The notes under the pieces: generated by a model | Told to the model about the DNA's origin: nothing | Database searches by the model: none | The model's input: only the letters and a program-made list of their open reading frames with translations | Translations under genes and position numbers: made by a program | Origin: Candidatus Omnitrophota bacterium | GTDB lineage: Bacteria > Omnitrophota > Gorgyraeia > Gorgyraeales > Gorgyraeaceae | Length of the DNA stretch: 64,000 nt | Direction: 5' to 3' | NCBI GenBank assembly: GCA_043822665.1 | Contig: JBDRBM010000050.1 | Coordinates: 22,038-86,037, forward strand | Shown: piece after piece, positions 1 to 9,055 of the stretch | Position numbering within the stretch: the stretch's first letter is position 1 | Layout: each line of letters starts with the position of its first letter

Positions 1-1418
1 CAAACGAACTAATAGCGCCTATTGAAAAAATAGTCTCGGAGATCCCGCCTGATGAAATGGAGGCCTTCGTGACATCTGTGGGCAATATAGCGGAAGACCG
101 CCATGACCCGTTTGCCGGACAAGCAAGCCATCTTGTCCAGGTATCAGTGTATCTGGTTCCTGAACAGGACAGAAAAAGGAATGTAGACGAGATCATTGCC
201 GAAGTCAGGGAAAAGGCAAAAGACGTCAAAGGTTTTACAGAACTAAGGTTTGATAAGCCTCAATCAGGTCCACCTGTAGGTAAGGCTGTAGAGGCCAGGA
301 TACGCGGGGAAAAATTCGAGACCCTTGATGTCATCTCGGGCGAATATATGGATTATCTGAAAACAATAGACGGCACAACTGACATAACATGGGACCATAA
401 ACCAGGCAAGGAAGAGATACGCGTAAAAGTGGACAATAATAAGGCGGCCCTTGCCGGGCTTGACGTAGCGCGGATAGCAAAAACTGTCAGGGCAGTCTTT
501 GAGGGCTCTATAGCCACCAAGATAAAACCGGTAAAGGCGGAAGAAGAAACAGACGTCACAGTAATGTTCCCTGAATATGCCTCAAAGGATATTTCGGTTT
601 TTGAAGATATCCTGGTACAAAATAAGTTTGGCAGCCTTATACCCATTAAAAACGTCGCCGCCATAGAAAAGGTGCCAGGCACCACCACTATACATCACCT
701 GGACGGAAAACGCGTAGTTACAGCCTCATGTAACGTAGATACCGATAAGACCACCTCTTTAAAAGTCAATAAGCTCCTTGAGAAAAAATTCAAAGATCTT
801 TCGCGCGGATATATAGGATATTCGGTAAAATACGGCGGGGAACAGGAAGAGACAATGGATTCCCTGAAGAGTTTGTTAAAGGCGTTTATTTACGCATTCC
901 TGATCATATACCTTATATTGGCCTCTACTTTTAAATCTATTATACAGCCGTTTATAATAATGCTGGCGATTCCCTTCGGCCTCATAGGGGTCGTTATAGC
1001 ATTTTTCCTACACGGTCTGCCGTTTTCTTTTATGGCAATCCTTGGCATTGTCGGGCTTAACGGAATCGTCGTTAACGATTCTATCGTGCTCGTAGATTTT
1101 ATAAATAAGCTCCGCTCTGAAGGCATGGAAAGGCGGGCATCGATAATCAAGGCCGGACAGATGAGGCTACGGCCTGTCCTTCTGACCACTATCACGACGG
1201 CAGGCGGGCTAATGACAGTCGCCTACGGAATAGGCGGCAAAGACCCATTCCTGGTGCCAATGGCGCTTGCTATATGCTGGGGGATTTTATTCGCGACACT
1301 GCTTACTCTCATAGTCATACCCTGTATCTATTCAATAGTAGATGACGTAGCCCTAAAATTGACAAAACATTCGAGTATGATCAGGATTGCCAAGGTAAAC
1401 AATAACAACCACGGGTAG
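1..1418 (+). CDS. RND (AcrB/HAE1-family) efflux permease, C-terminal portion. The 5' end is truncated by the window edge.
   Basis: The reading frame is open from nt 3 into the ORF at 57. The translation shows the C-terminal 6-TM bundle of RND pumps (…LIIYLILASTFKSIIQPFIIMLAIPFGLIGV…, …ICWGILFATLLTLIVIPCIYS…). Confidence 0.8.
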   Translation, partial: NELIAPIEKIVSEIPPDEMEAFVTSVGNIAEDRHDPFAGQASHLVQVSVYLVPEQDRKRNVDEIIAEVREKAKDVKGFTELRFDKPQSGPPVGKAVEARIRGEKFETLDVISGEYMDYLKTIDGTTDITWDHKPGKEEIRVKVDNNKAALAGLDVARIAKTVRAVFEGSIATKIKPVKAEEETDVTVMFPEYASKDISVFEDILVQNKFGSLIPIKNVAAIEKVPGTTTIHHLDGKRVVTASCNVDTDKTTSLKVNKLLEKKFKDLSRGYIGYSVKYGGEQEETMDSLKSLLKAFIYAFLIIYLILASTFKSIIQPFIIMLAIPFGLIGVVIAFFLHGLPFSFMAILGIVGLNGIVVNDSIVLVDFINKLRSEGMERRASIIKAGQMRLRPVLLTTITTAGGLMTVAYGIGGKDPFLVPMALAICWGILFATLLTLIVIPCIYSIVDDVALKLTKHSSMIRIAKVNNNNHG

Positions 1419-1424
1419 GTTTTG

Positions 1425-1829
1425 TTATATATTATCTGAAACAGAATCAATGACTTGTTCTTCCGCGAAGATAGGCGCATCAGCGCGTATTGCCAGCGCA
1501 ATGCTATCGCTTGGACGGGCATCTATTTCTTCTAATCTGCCGTTTACCTGCAGAATCAACTTAGCAAAAAACGTATTATTCTCCAGCTTTGTAATAATAA
1601 CCTTGTCCAGCCTGGCCCCCACTTGATTCATAATAGCATACAGAAGGTCATGAGTCATAGGCCTTGGCGGGGTAACGCCGCTTATCTTCATCTTTATGGC
1701 AGTTACTTCCATGATACCTATGACGATAGGCAAGAATCTGTTTCCATCCTTTTCCTTAAGGACGATAACCTGCTCTCCCCTATTTTCGTCTATCCTGATT
1801 TTATTTAATTCCATCTCAACCATAGCCAT
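1425..1829 (-). CDS. Bifunctional nuclease (BFN/DUF151) domain protein.
   Basis: 134 aa. The conserved PMTHDLL motif and overall BFN-domain layout are present. Confidence 0.6.
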   Translation of the reverse strand: MAMVEMELNKIRIDENRGEQVIVLKEKDGNRFLPIVIGIMEVTAIKMKISGVTPPRPMTHDLLYAIMNQVGARLDKVIITKLENNTFFAKLILQVNGRLEEIDARPSDSIALAIRADAPIFAEEQVIDSVSDNI

Positions 1830-1888
1830 AATTAAAACAAGATTATCACACGCCTTTTATATTGTCAATAACTTTACATTTCTTAGCT

Positions 1889-1969
1889 AAGCAGCATAAG
1901 ATGCTGCGACTACATTTTAGGCTGCAGTTGCAGCGCCTTGCGCTGCTTATTCCATACAACAAGTTAAGC
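1889..1969. repeat. Composite dispersed repeat, copy 1 (hairpin element A plus AAGTTAAGC-type tail E).
   Basis: AAGCAGCATAAGATGCTGCGACTACATTTTAGGCTGCAGTTGCAGCGCCTTGCGCTGCTT (7-bp terminal inverted repeat with an internal GCAGCGC-ctt-GCGCTGC hairpin), followed by a degenerate E tail. Confidence 0.7.
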
Positions 1970-1981
1970 AAATTGCATGTC

Positions 1982-2431
1982 TTAAGCGGGGGTTAAATGT
2001 AAAATTATCTCACCAACTGCCTTTTTGACTTCCTCGCTAAGGCCCTCGCCTAATTTATTGGACTTTGGATGTATACCAAGGATATAGATATCAGCCCTTA
2101 TTGATTCCTTCAGGTATTGTATCAGAAGCTTGGGCGAGACATCATGCGTGGATATCTTGCCCGAGCGAAGGTCTTCGCCCGAAAATAATCTTACATCCCC
2201 TGGTTTACCCTCAAACAATACAGCATCTATTATAATAATAGTATCCGGCTCTGATTTTATTATAATACCTGTGTAATTTTCAGGTGTCATGCCGGCATCT
2301 ATGACTTCATAATCACTACTTTCTTTTATAGCGTTGGCAATAGCCGGGCCCGCGCCATCATCTCCCCTGTCAGGATTCCCAAGGCAGAGGATTATGGTTT
2401 TACCTTTTAAAATACTTCGAATATCAATCAT
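1982..2431 (-). CDS. hycI: Hydrogenase maturation endopeptidase (HycI/HyaD family).
   Basis: 149 aa with N-terminal GNPDRGDDGAG metal-binding motif typical of [NiFe]-hydrogenase C-terminal processing proteases. It is the last gene of the hydrogenase operon. Confidence 0.8.
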   Translation of the reverse strand: MIDIRSILKGKTIILCLGNPDRGDDGAGPAIANAIKESSDYEVIDAGMTPENYTGIIIKSEPDTIIIIDAVLFEGKPGDVRLFSGEDLRSGKISTHDVSPKLLIQYLKESIRADIYILGIHPKSNKLGEGLSEEVKKAVGEIILHLTPA

Positions 2432-2482
2432 AGCCTTCAGCCTTCAGCCTTCAGCAACTGACAACTGAAAGCTGATAGCTTA

Positions 2483-3097
2483 TTATGTGTTAAGAGTAAT
2501 TTCTCTTCTACACTTTGGACAGAGGATATTTATACGATCCTGGCGGGTAAGTTCTTTTGGCCTTTCTATCTTAAGATATGCCAATTTAAGGTCTTTTAAC
2601 GCGGATAAATAAGATGTGGGGCTGGAATAGGCTAACGGCCCAAGTTTTTTCGCAACCCATATAAGATGGTCTTTGGCCCCTACAAGGCATCCGCACCCCT
2701 CACACAAAACAAGTTCCTTTTCTACTGATTCTATTGCCTCATTTCTATCAAATACAGCGAGATCAAACTTATTGGACAGCTTTATACCTTCCTGCGTAAT
2801 GCAAGCTGCCTGGCACTGACCGCAGAATATACAACTATCCAAATGAAGCTCCAACTTTCTGGAAGGCTTCTCAGATTCAACAGAATCAGTGACCTTAATG
2901 CATTGCGCCGGACAGACTTCACTGCATGCGGCGCATCCCACGCAACCGTCTTTGTTATATTCCGGCTTTCCCCTGAAGCGTTTCTCAGGTGTATGCGGCT
3001 TAAAAGGATAACCCGAGGTATAAGGCCTGCTGATCAGTGATTTTACTGCTTCTATTAATTCTCGTATTTTAGGGTATCGCATATGGTTTTGGCACAC
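2483..3097 (-). CDS. Hydrogenase 4Fe-4S subunit (NuoI/MbhN/HycF-like).
   Basis: Two CxxCxxCxxxCP ferredoxin motifs (CVGCAACSEVCP, CIFCGQCQAAC). Size and position match the NuoI-type subunit of group-4 hydrogenases. Confidence 0.75.
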   Translation of the reverse strand: MCQNHMRYPKIRELIEAVKSLISRPYTSGYPFKPHTPEKRFRGKPEYNKDGCVGCAACSEVCPAQCIKVTDSVESEKPSRKLELHLDSCIFCGQCQAACITQEGIKLSNKFDLAVFDRNEAIESVEKELVLCEGCGCLVGAKDHLIWVAKKLGPLAYSSPTSYLSALKDLKLAYLKIERPKELTRQDRINILCPKCRREITLNT

Positions 3098-3195
3098 TAA
3101 AGTGTGCCCTACGCATTTGTCGCAAAGGCCTTCATAAGCGCCTTCTGTAGGGGAGGCTTAAGCCTCCCCTACAGAATACATTATAGCCTTTGCCT

Positions 3196-3522
3196 TTATT
3201 TACCATCTTCCCCATACTTGTCTACTACGCTCTTTTCCCACAGCTTTACGCCTGATTTATAGGCGCCCCGCGCAAGGGCATGCGCAGATACAGGAGACGT
3301 CAATATAAGAAACAACATGCACAAAAGCGCCTTTATGCCTATAGCTGTAATCCCATGAATAAGAAAGGCTCCAAAAAGTATACTGCATGTGCCAAGCGTT
3401 ATGCATTTTGTAGATGCCTGCAGCCTATTATAGACATCAGGAAGCCTTACCAGGCCCAGGCATCCTATAAAATCAAAGAAAAGCCCTATAGATATAAAAA
3501 TAATGCCGATTGTATTAATCAT
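3196..3522 (-). CDS. Mrp antiporter subunit G-like (MnhG/MbhC-like).
   Basis: 108 aa, 3 TM segments, and the LVRLPDVYNRLQAS motif typical of MnhG. Confidence 0.7.
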   Translation of the reverse strand: MINTIGIIFISIGLFFDFIGCLGLVRLPDVYNRLQASTKCITLGTCSILFGAFLIHGITAIGIKALLCMLFLILTSPVSAHALARGAYKSGVKLWEKSVVDKYGEDGK

Positions 3523-3889
3523 CCAATGATTTTCCCTCTAAAAATTTTGCCAAAGCAAGTGTGGCTATGAAACTTTGCAGTGCCCAGGCAATAGCTATAT
3601 CTATATACCAGCTTCTGTTAGTGGAAATCCCTGTTATAACACAGAAGCCGACTATCAGCACACCCAGCATGTCAAGCGTAACCGCCCTGTCAGCCGCGGT
3701 CGGACCCCTGGCAATTCTGTAAAGACACAATCCGCATGAGAATAAAAGTATAAAAAAAGCCCTTTTTAAAAACCCCGTGTAAGGCAGGCCCTTATAAAAA
3801 AGTATCGGCAGCGGATAAAATAATATCACTCCCAGAATACCCAATATAAAAACAGCCCCTATAATGTAACGCCGCCTATTCTTTTTCAT
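3515..3889 (-). CDS. Mrp antiporter subunit F-like.
   Basis: GPTAADRAVTLD motif characteristic of MrpF/MnhF. Small 3-TM protein. Confidence 0.7.
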   Translation of the reverse strand: MKKNRRRYIIGAVFILGILGVILFYPLPILFYKGLPYTGFLKRAFFILLFSCGLCLYRIARGPTAADRAVTLDMLGVLIVGFCVITGISTNRSWYIDIAIAWALQSFIATLALAKFLEGKSLDD

Positions 3890-4383
3890 TCCTCAAATAT
3901 CCTTTTAAGTATCTTCTCGAATTTCTCGACTATAGCCTTTGTCGCCTTCTCTATGTCCTTGTGCTTCACCTCAATCCAATGAATATAAAGGTATCCATTT
4001 TCTTTATCCACATCAACGGTTAATGTGCCGGGTGTAAGCGTTATTGAATTCGATAGAAATGTAAGCGCTGTCTCGGATTTAAGGATTGTCTTTACCTTTA
4101 CTATACCAGGGTGTATAGGTAAATCAGGGTGTATTACCCTGTATGCCACATCAATATTTGCCTTAAAGCACTCCCATAAAAAAACAGGGACATAATATAA
4201 AAACCACAGGTAGCGCATGGGGTGCGTAAATAGATGCGTCCTTTTTACAAAGAAATCCCCTGTCATATACGCGACAAATGCCGACACAATTATGCCTATG
4301 AATATGTGCTGCCAGTCAAACGCCCAACTCAACAATAACCATGTTATAAATCCCAGTATAAATAAAGTAATTCTACTAATCAT
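3886..4383 (-). CDS. Mrp antiporter subunit E-like.
   Basis: MnhE signature region (…ANIDVAYRVIHPDLPIHPGIV…SNSITLTPGT…). Confidence 0.7.
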   Translation of the reverse strand: MISRITLFILGFITWLLLSWAFDWQHIFIGIIVSAFVAYMTGDFFVKRTHLFTHPMRYLWFLYYVPVFLWECFKANIDVAYRVIHPDLPIHPGIVKVKTILKSETALTFLSNSITLTPGTLTVDVDKENGYLYIHWIEVKHKDIEKATKAIVEKFEKILKRIFEE

Positions 4384-4391
4384 TATTTAAT

Positions 4392-5888
4392 TTACCTTAT
4401 AGCCACGAATGCGGCCTTTGCGTAATCCTTACCCGCTAAAATCGCGTCCATGGCTGGACCAAGAAAACTTTCACGAATCCCCGGCAGTAAAAGTAACCCT
4501 CCTGCCAAACAGGCAGCAGCCAGTAATACCATTGACAATTTCATGAAAAATGGGCATTCTTTTATATTACTTAACTCTTTTTTTAATTCGCCGAAAAAGG
4601 CATATCTCTGGACTTTCATAAAATAAGCTAAGGTTAGCACGCTTGTCAAAACTGCCAATACAGCATACACAAAGTGTTGCGCCTGGATGCACGCTACTAT
4701 TATTATCAGCTTGCTCCAGAAACCATTAAAAGGCGGTATGCCGGCTATGGACATGGAACCTATTAAAGAGGTGGCAGATGTAACAGGCATCCTTTCTTTT
4801 AACCCGCCCATCTTCTGCAAATCTCTTGTGCCTGTAGCATACTCAACTGCTCCTGAATTTAAGAATAAGAGCGACTTAAACACAGAATGGTTTAATAAAT
4901 GAAAAAAACCTCCGAGGATCCCTAGTGGAGTGCCAAGGCCAATCCCAAGTATTACATACCCAATTTGACTAATAGAGCTATATGCTAAAAGTCTTTTGAA
5001 ATCCCATTGTCCAAGCGCAAGACACCCCCCAACAATCATTGATAAAGCGCCCAACAGCATTAGGGCATTTAATATCTGAGGTGTCGTGCCAAAAACACTG
5101 AAGAATATCCTTATCATTGCATAAACACCAAGGGACTTTATAAGAACTCCTGAAAGCATGGCTGAGATAGGGGCTGGAGCGGACGGATGGGCGTCGGGGA
5201 GCCATGCGTGAAACGGGACAAGCGCTGACTTTAGGCCAAATCCCATCAAGAAAAAGACGCTCACGAGCATTATTATACGCGGGCTCCCGCCTTTTGCGAT
5301 CTCCAACGACATGTCAGCCATATTTAAGGTAGAAGTAACGCTATATAAAAATACTATTCCTAAAAGTATAAACGAAGACGCCAGTGTTCCCATTACAGCG
5401 TATTTAAACGCTGCCTCAAGTTCTTCGTGCTCTGTGCCAAATGCGACCAGCGCATAGCTTGAAATAGCGGCTATTTCAAGAAATACATAAAGATTGAATA
5501 AATCTCCACTTATTATGACACCGTTCAGGCCGGCCACCATCAATAAGAACAGGCAATAGAAGACCCATTTTTCAGTGTATCTTTCCATGTAATCTATTGA
5601 ATATACGCTTATAAGAAACGCGATAATATTGACTGTAACCGCCATGAAGATAGTTAATCCGTCCATTACCATTGAAATGCCTATTGGCGGCGCCCACCCT
5701 CCCACTTTATACACTATCATGCCTGTCTCTTTAAAAAACAGCACATAGTATATTGAGAGGCAGGCAAGCGAAAAAGTAGCCGCGGCTGAAAGGATATCGG
5801 AAAATCCCTTTACCCTTTTCCCGAAAAGAGAATTTATAAACGCGGCGCCTAACGGAATTGCTACAAATAAAGGTAATAGTTTATGCAT
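4392..5888 (-). CDS. Mrp subunit D / NuoM-N-like antiporter-type membrane subunit.
   Basis: 498 aa, 14 predicted TM segments. The WLPDAHPSAPAPISAMLSGVLIKSLGVYAMIRI signature of the complex I antiporter-like family is present. Confidence 0.8.
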   Translation of the reverse strand: MHKLLPLFVAIPLGAAFINSLFGKRVKGFSDILSAAATFSLACLSIYYVLFFKETGMIVYKVGGWAPPIGISMVMDGLTIFMAVTVNIIAFLISVYSIDYMERYTEKWVFYCLFLLMVAGLNGVIISGDLFNLYVFLEIAAISSYALVAFGTEHEELEAAFKYAVMGTLASSFILLGIVFLYSVTSTLNMADMSLEIAKGGSPRIIMLVSVFFLMGFGLKSALVPFHAWLPDAHPSAPAPISAMLSGVLIKSLGVYAMIRIFFSVFGTTPQILNALMLLGALSMIVGGCLALGQWDFKRLLAYSSISQIGYVILGIGLGTPLGILGGFFHLLNHSVFKSLLFLNSGAVEYATGTRDLQKMGGLKERMPVTSATSLIGSMSIAGIPPFNGFWSKLIIIVACIQAQHFVYAVLAVLTSVLTLAYFMKVQRYAFFGELKKELSNIKECPFFMKLSMVLLAAACLAGGLLLLPGIRESFLGPAMDAILAGKDYAKAAFVAIR

Positions 5889-5945
5889 TATGTTCTCGTG
5901 TACCGTGTATCGTGTACCGTATATCGGGTATCGTTCATATAAAAA

Positions 5946-6284
5946 CTACCCTTTTAAGCTACGTATCTTCGTTATATCAAAGGTGCCGTATTTTTCATAC
6001 ACCCTCATGGCTATGGCCGCAATCAGGGCAGTAACCGCCAGGCCTATGACTATAGCGGTAAGGACAAGCGCCTGAGGTAATGGATCAACCATATCAAGTA
6101 TGGTCTGGTCAGGAGAATGTATCGGCGCTCGGCCGCCTATCTTATAGCCAATCAAAATAAAGAATAGATTTACGGCATACTCCATAACAGTTATGCCTAT
6201 AATAATCTTTATAAGATTCCTTTTTCTAACTATACAATATAGCCCTATGCAAAAAAGCACAAGGCACAAAAAATAGACTGTCAT
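5946..6284 (-). CDS. MrpC / NuoK-like small membrane subunit.
   Basis: 112 aa, 3 TM segments, NuoK/MnhC-like sequence. Confidence 0.7.
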   Translation of the reverse strand: MTVYFLCLVLFCIGLYCIVRKRNLIKIIIGITVMEYAVNLFFILIGYKIGGRAPIHSPDQTILDMVDPLPQALVLTAIVIGLAVTALIAAIAMRVYEKYGTFDITKIRSLKG

Positions 6285-6733
6285 TTTTTCTCGTCCTTTT
6301 TAGCAATCTTAAATAACACCAGCATTACAACGATAATAAAAAGTCCGGATCCTACTTTAAAACTTATGGCAATGTTGTATAAAGGTATAAGGCCCGAGCT
6401 GAATAGCTTAAAAGGCTCACCTTTTGATAGAAAATTCAAAAAGAAATACCCGCCGGCAATACCGAGAAGAGCTAATGTTATAAAAATTATAGCGCCTATA
6501 TTTTCAAAGAAAGAAGCAACGCCTTGGTTTATCTTCTTAAAGGCATCTTCTTTGCCAAAGGCCAGCATTATGTGGATAAACGAAAGCGCGATAATCACAC
6601 CCCCCGCAAAACCTCCTCCAGGGCTTAAGTGGCCATGAGCGACAATATAGATACCGAATAAGAGTATCAGGCCTACTGTAAGCCGAGTGATTGTCTTTAC
6701 TATTATTGTCATGCCTTTCTCCTGCTCTCTCAT
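6281..6733 (-). CDS. MrpB-like (MnhB domain) membrane subunit.
   Basis: GHLSPGGGFAGG motif (MnhB domain). Confidence 0.7.
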   Translation of the reverse strand: MREQEKGMTIIVKTITRLTVGLILLFGIYIVAHGHLSPGGGFAGGVIIALSFIHIMLAFGKEDAFKKINQGVASFFENIGAIIFITLALLGIAGGYFFLNFLSKGEPFKLFSSGLIPLYNIAISFKVGSGLFIIVVMLVLFKIAKKDEKK

Positions 6734-7248
6734 TTTTTCCTGCCTATCTTTCTCATGACTGCCACTACACCCATTACAGCTGTAAATAATATAGTTGCCT
6801 CTCCAAGTGTATCATATGCCCTGTAATCCAAAACTATAGATGTTATCAGATTTGCGGCGCCTGTTTCCTTTAGGCCCTGGCCCACAAAATGCTGGGCAAT
6901 TTTCATTATAGGACTGCCGAACTGGGGCAAGTCCCTCATGCAATAATAACCAAACCCTATAAATACCGCGAGGAAAATAAAAGTAATGAGCGTATTAAAA
7001 AACCACCTTCCGCTTGTCGAGAATGGCAAGTCCTTCCTTATGGTAGCTCTTATAAGGATTATAACACAGAGTATTTCTACTACGAGCTGGGCTATCGCGA
7101 GATCAGGGGCCTTAAGTATCAAAAACGCCAGGGACAAGCCAAGGCCTACTACCCCTACAGCAATAACAGAAGACAAAAGATCTTTTGTCTTTACTGCTAT
7201 AAGAGCACCTATAATCATGAATATTAAAAGAACTTGCAGTTCAATCAT
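6730..7248 (-). CDS. MrpA C-terminal-like (DUF4040, MbhD/E-like) membrane subunit.
   Basis: APDLAIAQLVVE motif and TM layout match the DUF4040 region of MrpA, which Mbh-type hydrogenases encode as a separate gene. Confidence 0.6.
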   Translation of the reverse strand: MIELQVLLIFMIIGALIAVKTKDLLSSVIAVGVVGLGLSLAFLILKAPDLAIAQLVVEILCVIILIRATIRKDLPFSTSGRWFFNTLITFIFLAVFIGFGYYCMRDLPQFGSPIMKIAQHFVGQGLKETGAANLITSIVLDYRAYDTLGEATILFTAVMGVVAVMRKIGRKK

Positions 7249-7252
7249 CTAC

Positions 7253-9055
7253 TTACCTCACGAAACTAAAAAGAAAAACCATCATGCCCAATAAGCACCA
7301 TACAAGATACGTAGGCAATACGCCGTTATGTAAATACTGGAATATGCCTATAAAGAAAAATACGAGTTTCTTGCCCTGCTCGTATATATCGAATGCCTTG
7401 TTCTCTGCCTTTTTATATAACCTTTTTATTAAAGGCATCTCTTCTATTGCCCTATAGAATTCTGTGCCGGAAAGTCTCATGTCACTATCAAGTTCTTCCC
7501 CGCCAATATAAGAACCCGTCTCTCTTATGCCTTTAAGATTACCCGCGAGATATATCAAAAGACCTATGCCAAGGCCTATTATTAAAAACACGGCGGCCTT
7601 TAAAGAAGGCCACATTCCGATAAAGGCAAAGTTTACTCCTCCCTCAGGCAGTGAGGGTATTATAAAATATTTCAAAGGAATAGTATACGCTAATACTCCA
7701 AAGACTATACAAAACCCCGCAAGTATCATCGGTGGAAGCCACATGGGCCAGGAGACATCTTTCTTCGATGCTTGATGCTCGATATTCGATGATTGTTTGC
7801 CTAAAAATATTGCGTGAATCAACTTGATAAACGACGCCAGCGTCAGGCCGCTTCCAAACATTGCCGCAACAAGACAAAAGATCCACAACACCCCTCCCGA
7901 CTTAGCCTTTTCCACCAGCCCCTGATAAACCATCCATTTTGAAAAGAAACCATTGAACGGCGGAATGCCTGATATAGATAAGGAAGCTATTAAAGTAGCT
8001 AAAAATGTCAGAGGCATTACTTTTGCCAACCCTCCGAGTGAATCCAGCTCCGAAGTCTTGGTCCTAAATTCCACATTCCCTCCTGACATAAACAGGCAGC
8101 ATTTATATATCGCATTATTAAGCATATGAAACAGCCCGCCCGCGATACCTATAGGATTACCTGTGCCAATGCCAAGCACCATATAACCTACCTGGCTTAC
8201 CGCATGATAACCTAATAATTTCTTAAAATCATGCTGGACGAGCGCCATCATTACAGCGGCTATTATTGTCACAGCGCCTATTACCATCAGAAGCGCGCAT
8301 GTGAAGCTATTCAATATAAATACATTCAATACCAACCTCGCTAAAAGATAGATGCCGAGTAATTTATCAAGACTGGCAGGCAGAAATGCGGTAACAGGTA
8401 TAGGCGCCTCTTTTGCTGTGTCAGGTATCCAAGTATGAAAGGGCATTGCGCCTGCCTTTGCAAACGCGCCAATGGCTATTAATAAAAACGCCCAGAACGT
8501 TATAGGGCTATCTATGACTATCTTTATATTGCTTAAATTCAAATCTCCCGTGATAAGCCAGACCAGGGCAAAGCCAAAAATCATCAAACTGTCGGAGCCG
8601 CCTATAATAATAAAGGTCTTTTTGCTCACGCCTGCGGCTTTGGATCCCCCTGCGTTAATCAACATGTAAAGCGTAAAACCCAGGAACCCCCAGGCCACTA
8701 TTAAAAGTACAATGTTATTCGAGATAGCGGCTAATATTGAAAATCCTATAGTCCATATAATATACGCGTAATATGAACGAAATTCTCTATAATAGGCCAT
8801 AAAGCGCCATGAATACAAAGTAACCAGGGCGCCAAAAAGCCCGATTGCCAGGACTATAAACCTGGAAAGTCCGTCCGCGTAAAGGTAATTCGCGTTGATC
8901 GGCGAATTAATAAATATCCTAACGCATCCGGCTAATAAATACAGCGCCGTAAGAAGGCTGAATGTCTCTACGATCTTTCTGAACCTCTTTGGAATCAAAA
9001 AGATTAAAATACCCGCTAATATCGAAATTAATATTGGTTGCAGTAATATTTTCAT
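7253..9055 (-). CDS. MrpA / NuoL-like antiporter-type membrane subunit.
   Basis: 600 aa, polytopic. The WIPDTAKEAPIPVTAFL…HAVSQVGYMVLGIG motifs of NuoL/MrpA are present. Confidence 0.8.
   Translation of the reverse strand: MKILLQPILISILAGILIFLIPKRFRKIVETFSLLTALYLLAGCVRIFINSPINANYLYADGLSRFIVLAIGLFGALVTLYSWRFMAYYREFRSYYAYIIWTIGFSILAAISNNIVLLIVAWGFLGFTLYMLINAGGSKAAGVSKKTFIIIGGSDSLMIFGFALVWLITGDLNLSNIKIVIDSPITFWAFLLIAIGAFAKAGAMPFHTWIPDTAKEAPIPVTAFLPASLDKLLGIYLLARLVLNVFILNSFTCALLMVIGAVTIIAAVMMALVQHDFKKLLGYHAVSQVGYMVLGIGTGNPIGIAGGLFHMLNNAIYKCCLFMSGGNVEFRTKTSELDSLGGLAKVMPLTFLATLIASLSISGIPPFNGFFSKWMVYQGLVEKAKSGGVLWIFCLVAAMFGSGLTLASFIKLIHAIFLGKQSSNIEHQASKKDVSWPMWLPPMILAGFCIVFGVLAYTIPLKYFIIPSLPEGGVNFAFIGMWPSLKAAVFLIIGLGIGLLIYLAGNLKGIRETGSYIGGEELDSDMRLSGTEFYRAIEEMPLIKRLYKKAENKAFDIYEQGKKLVFFFIGIFQYLHNGVLPTYLVWCLLGMMVFLFSFVR

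Noticed and set aside
7776-7800. GATGCTTGATGCTCGATATTCGATGATTG repeat inside the MrpA-like CDS.
   Set aside because: It is in-frame coding sequence of a conserved membrane protein, most likely coincidental codon repetition rather than a regulatory repeat.
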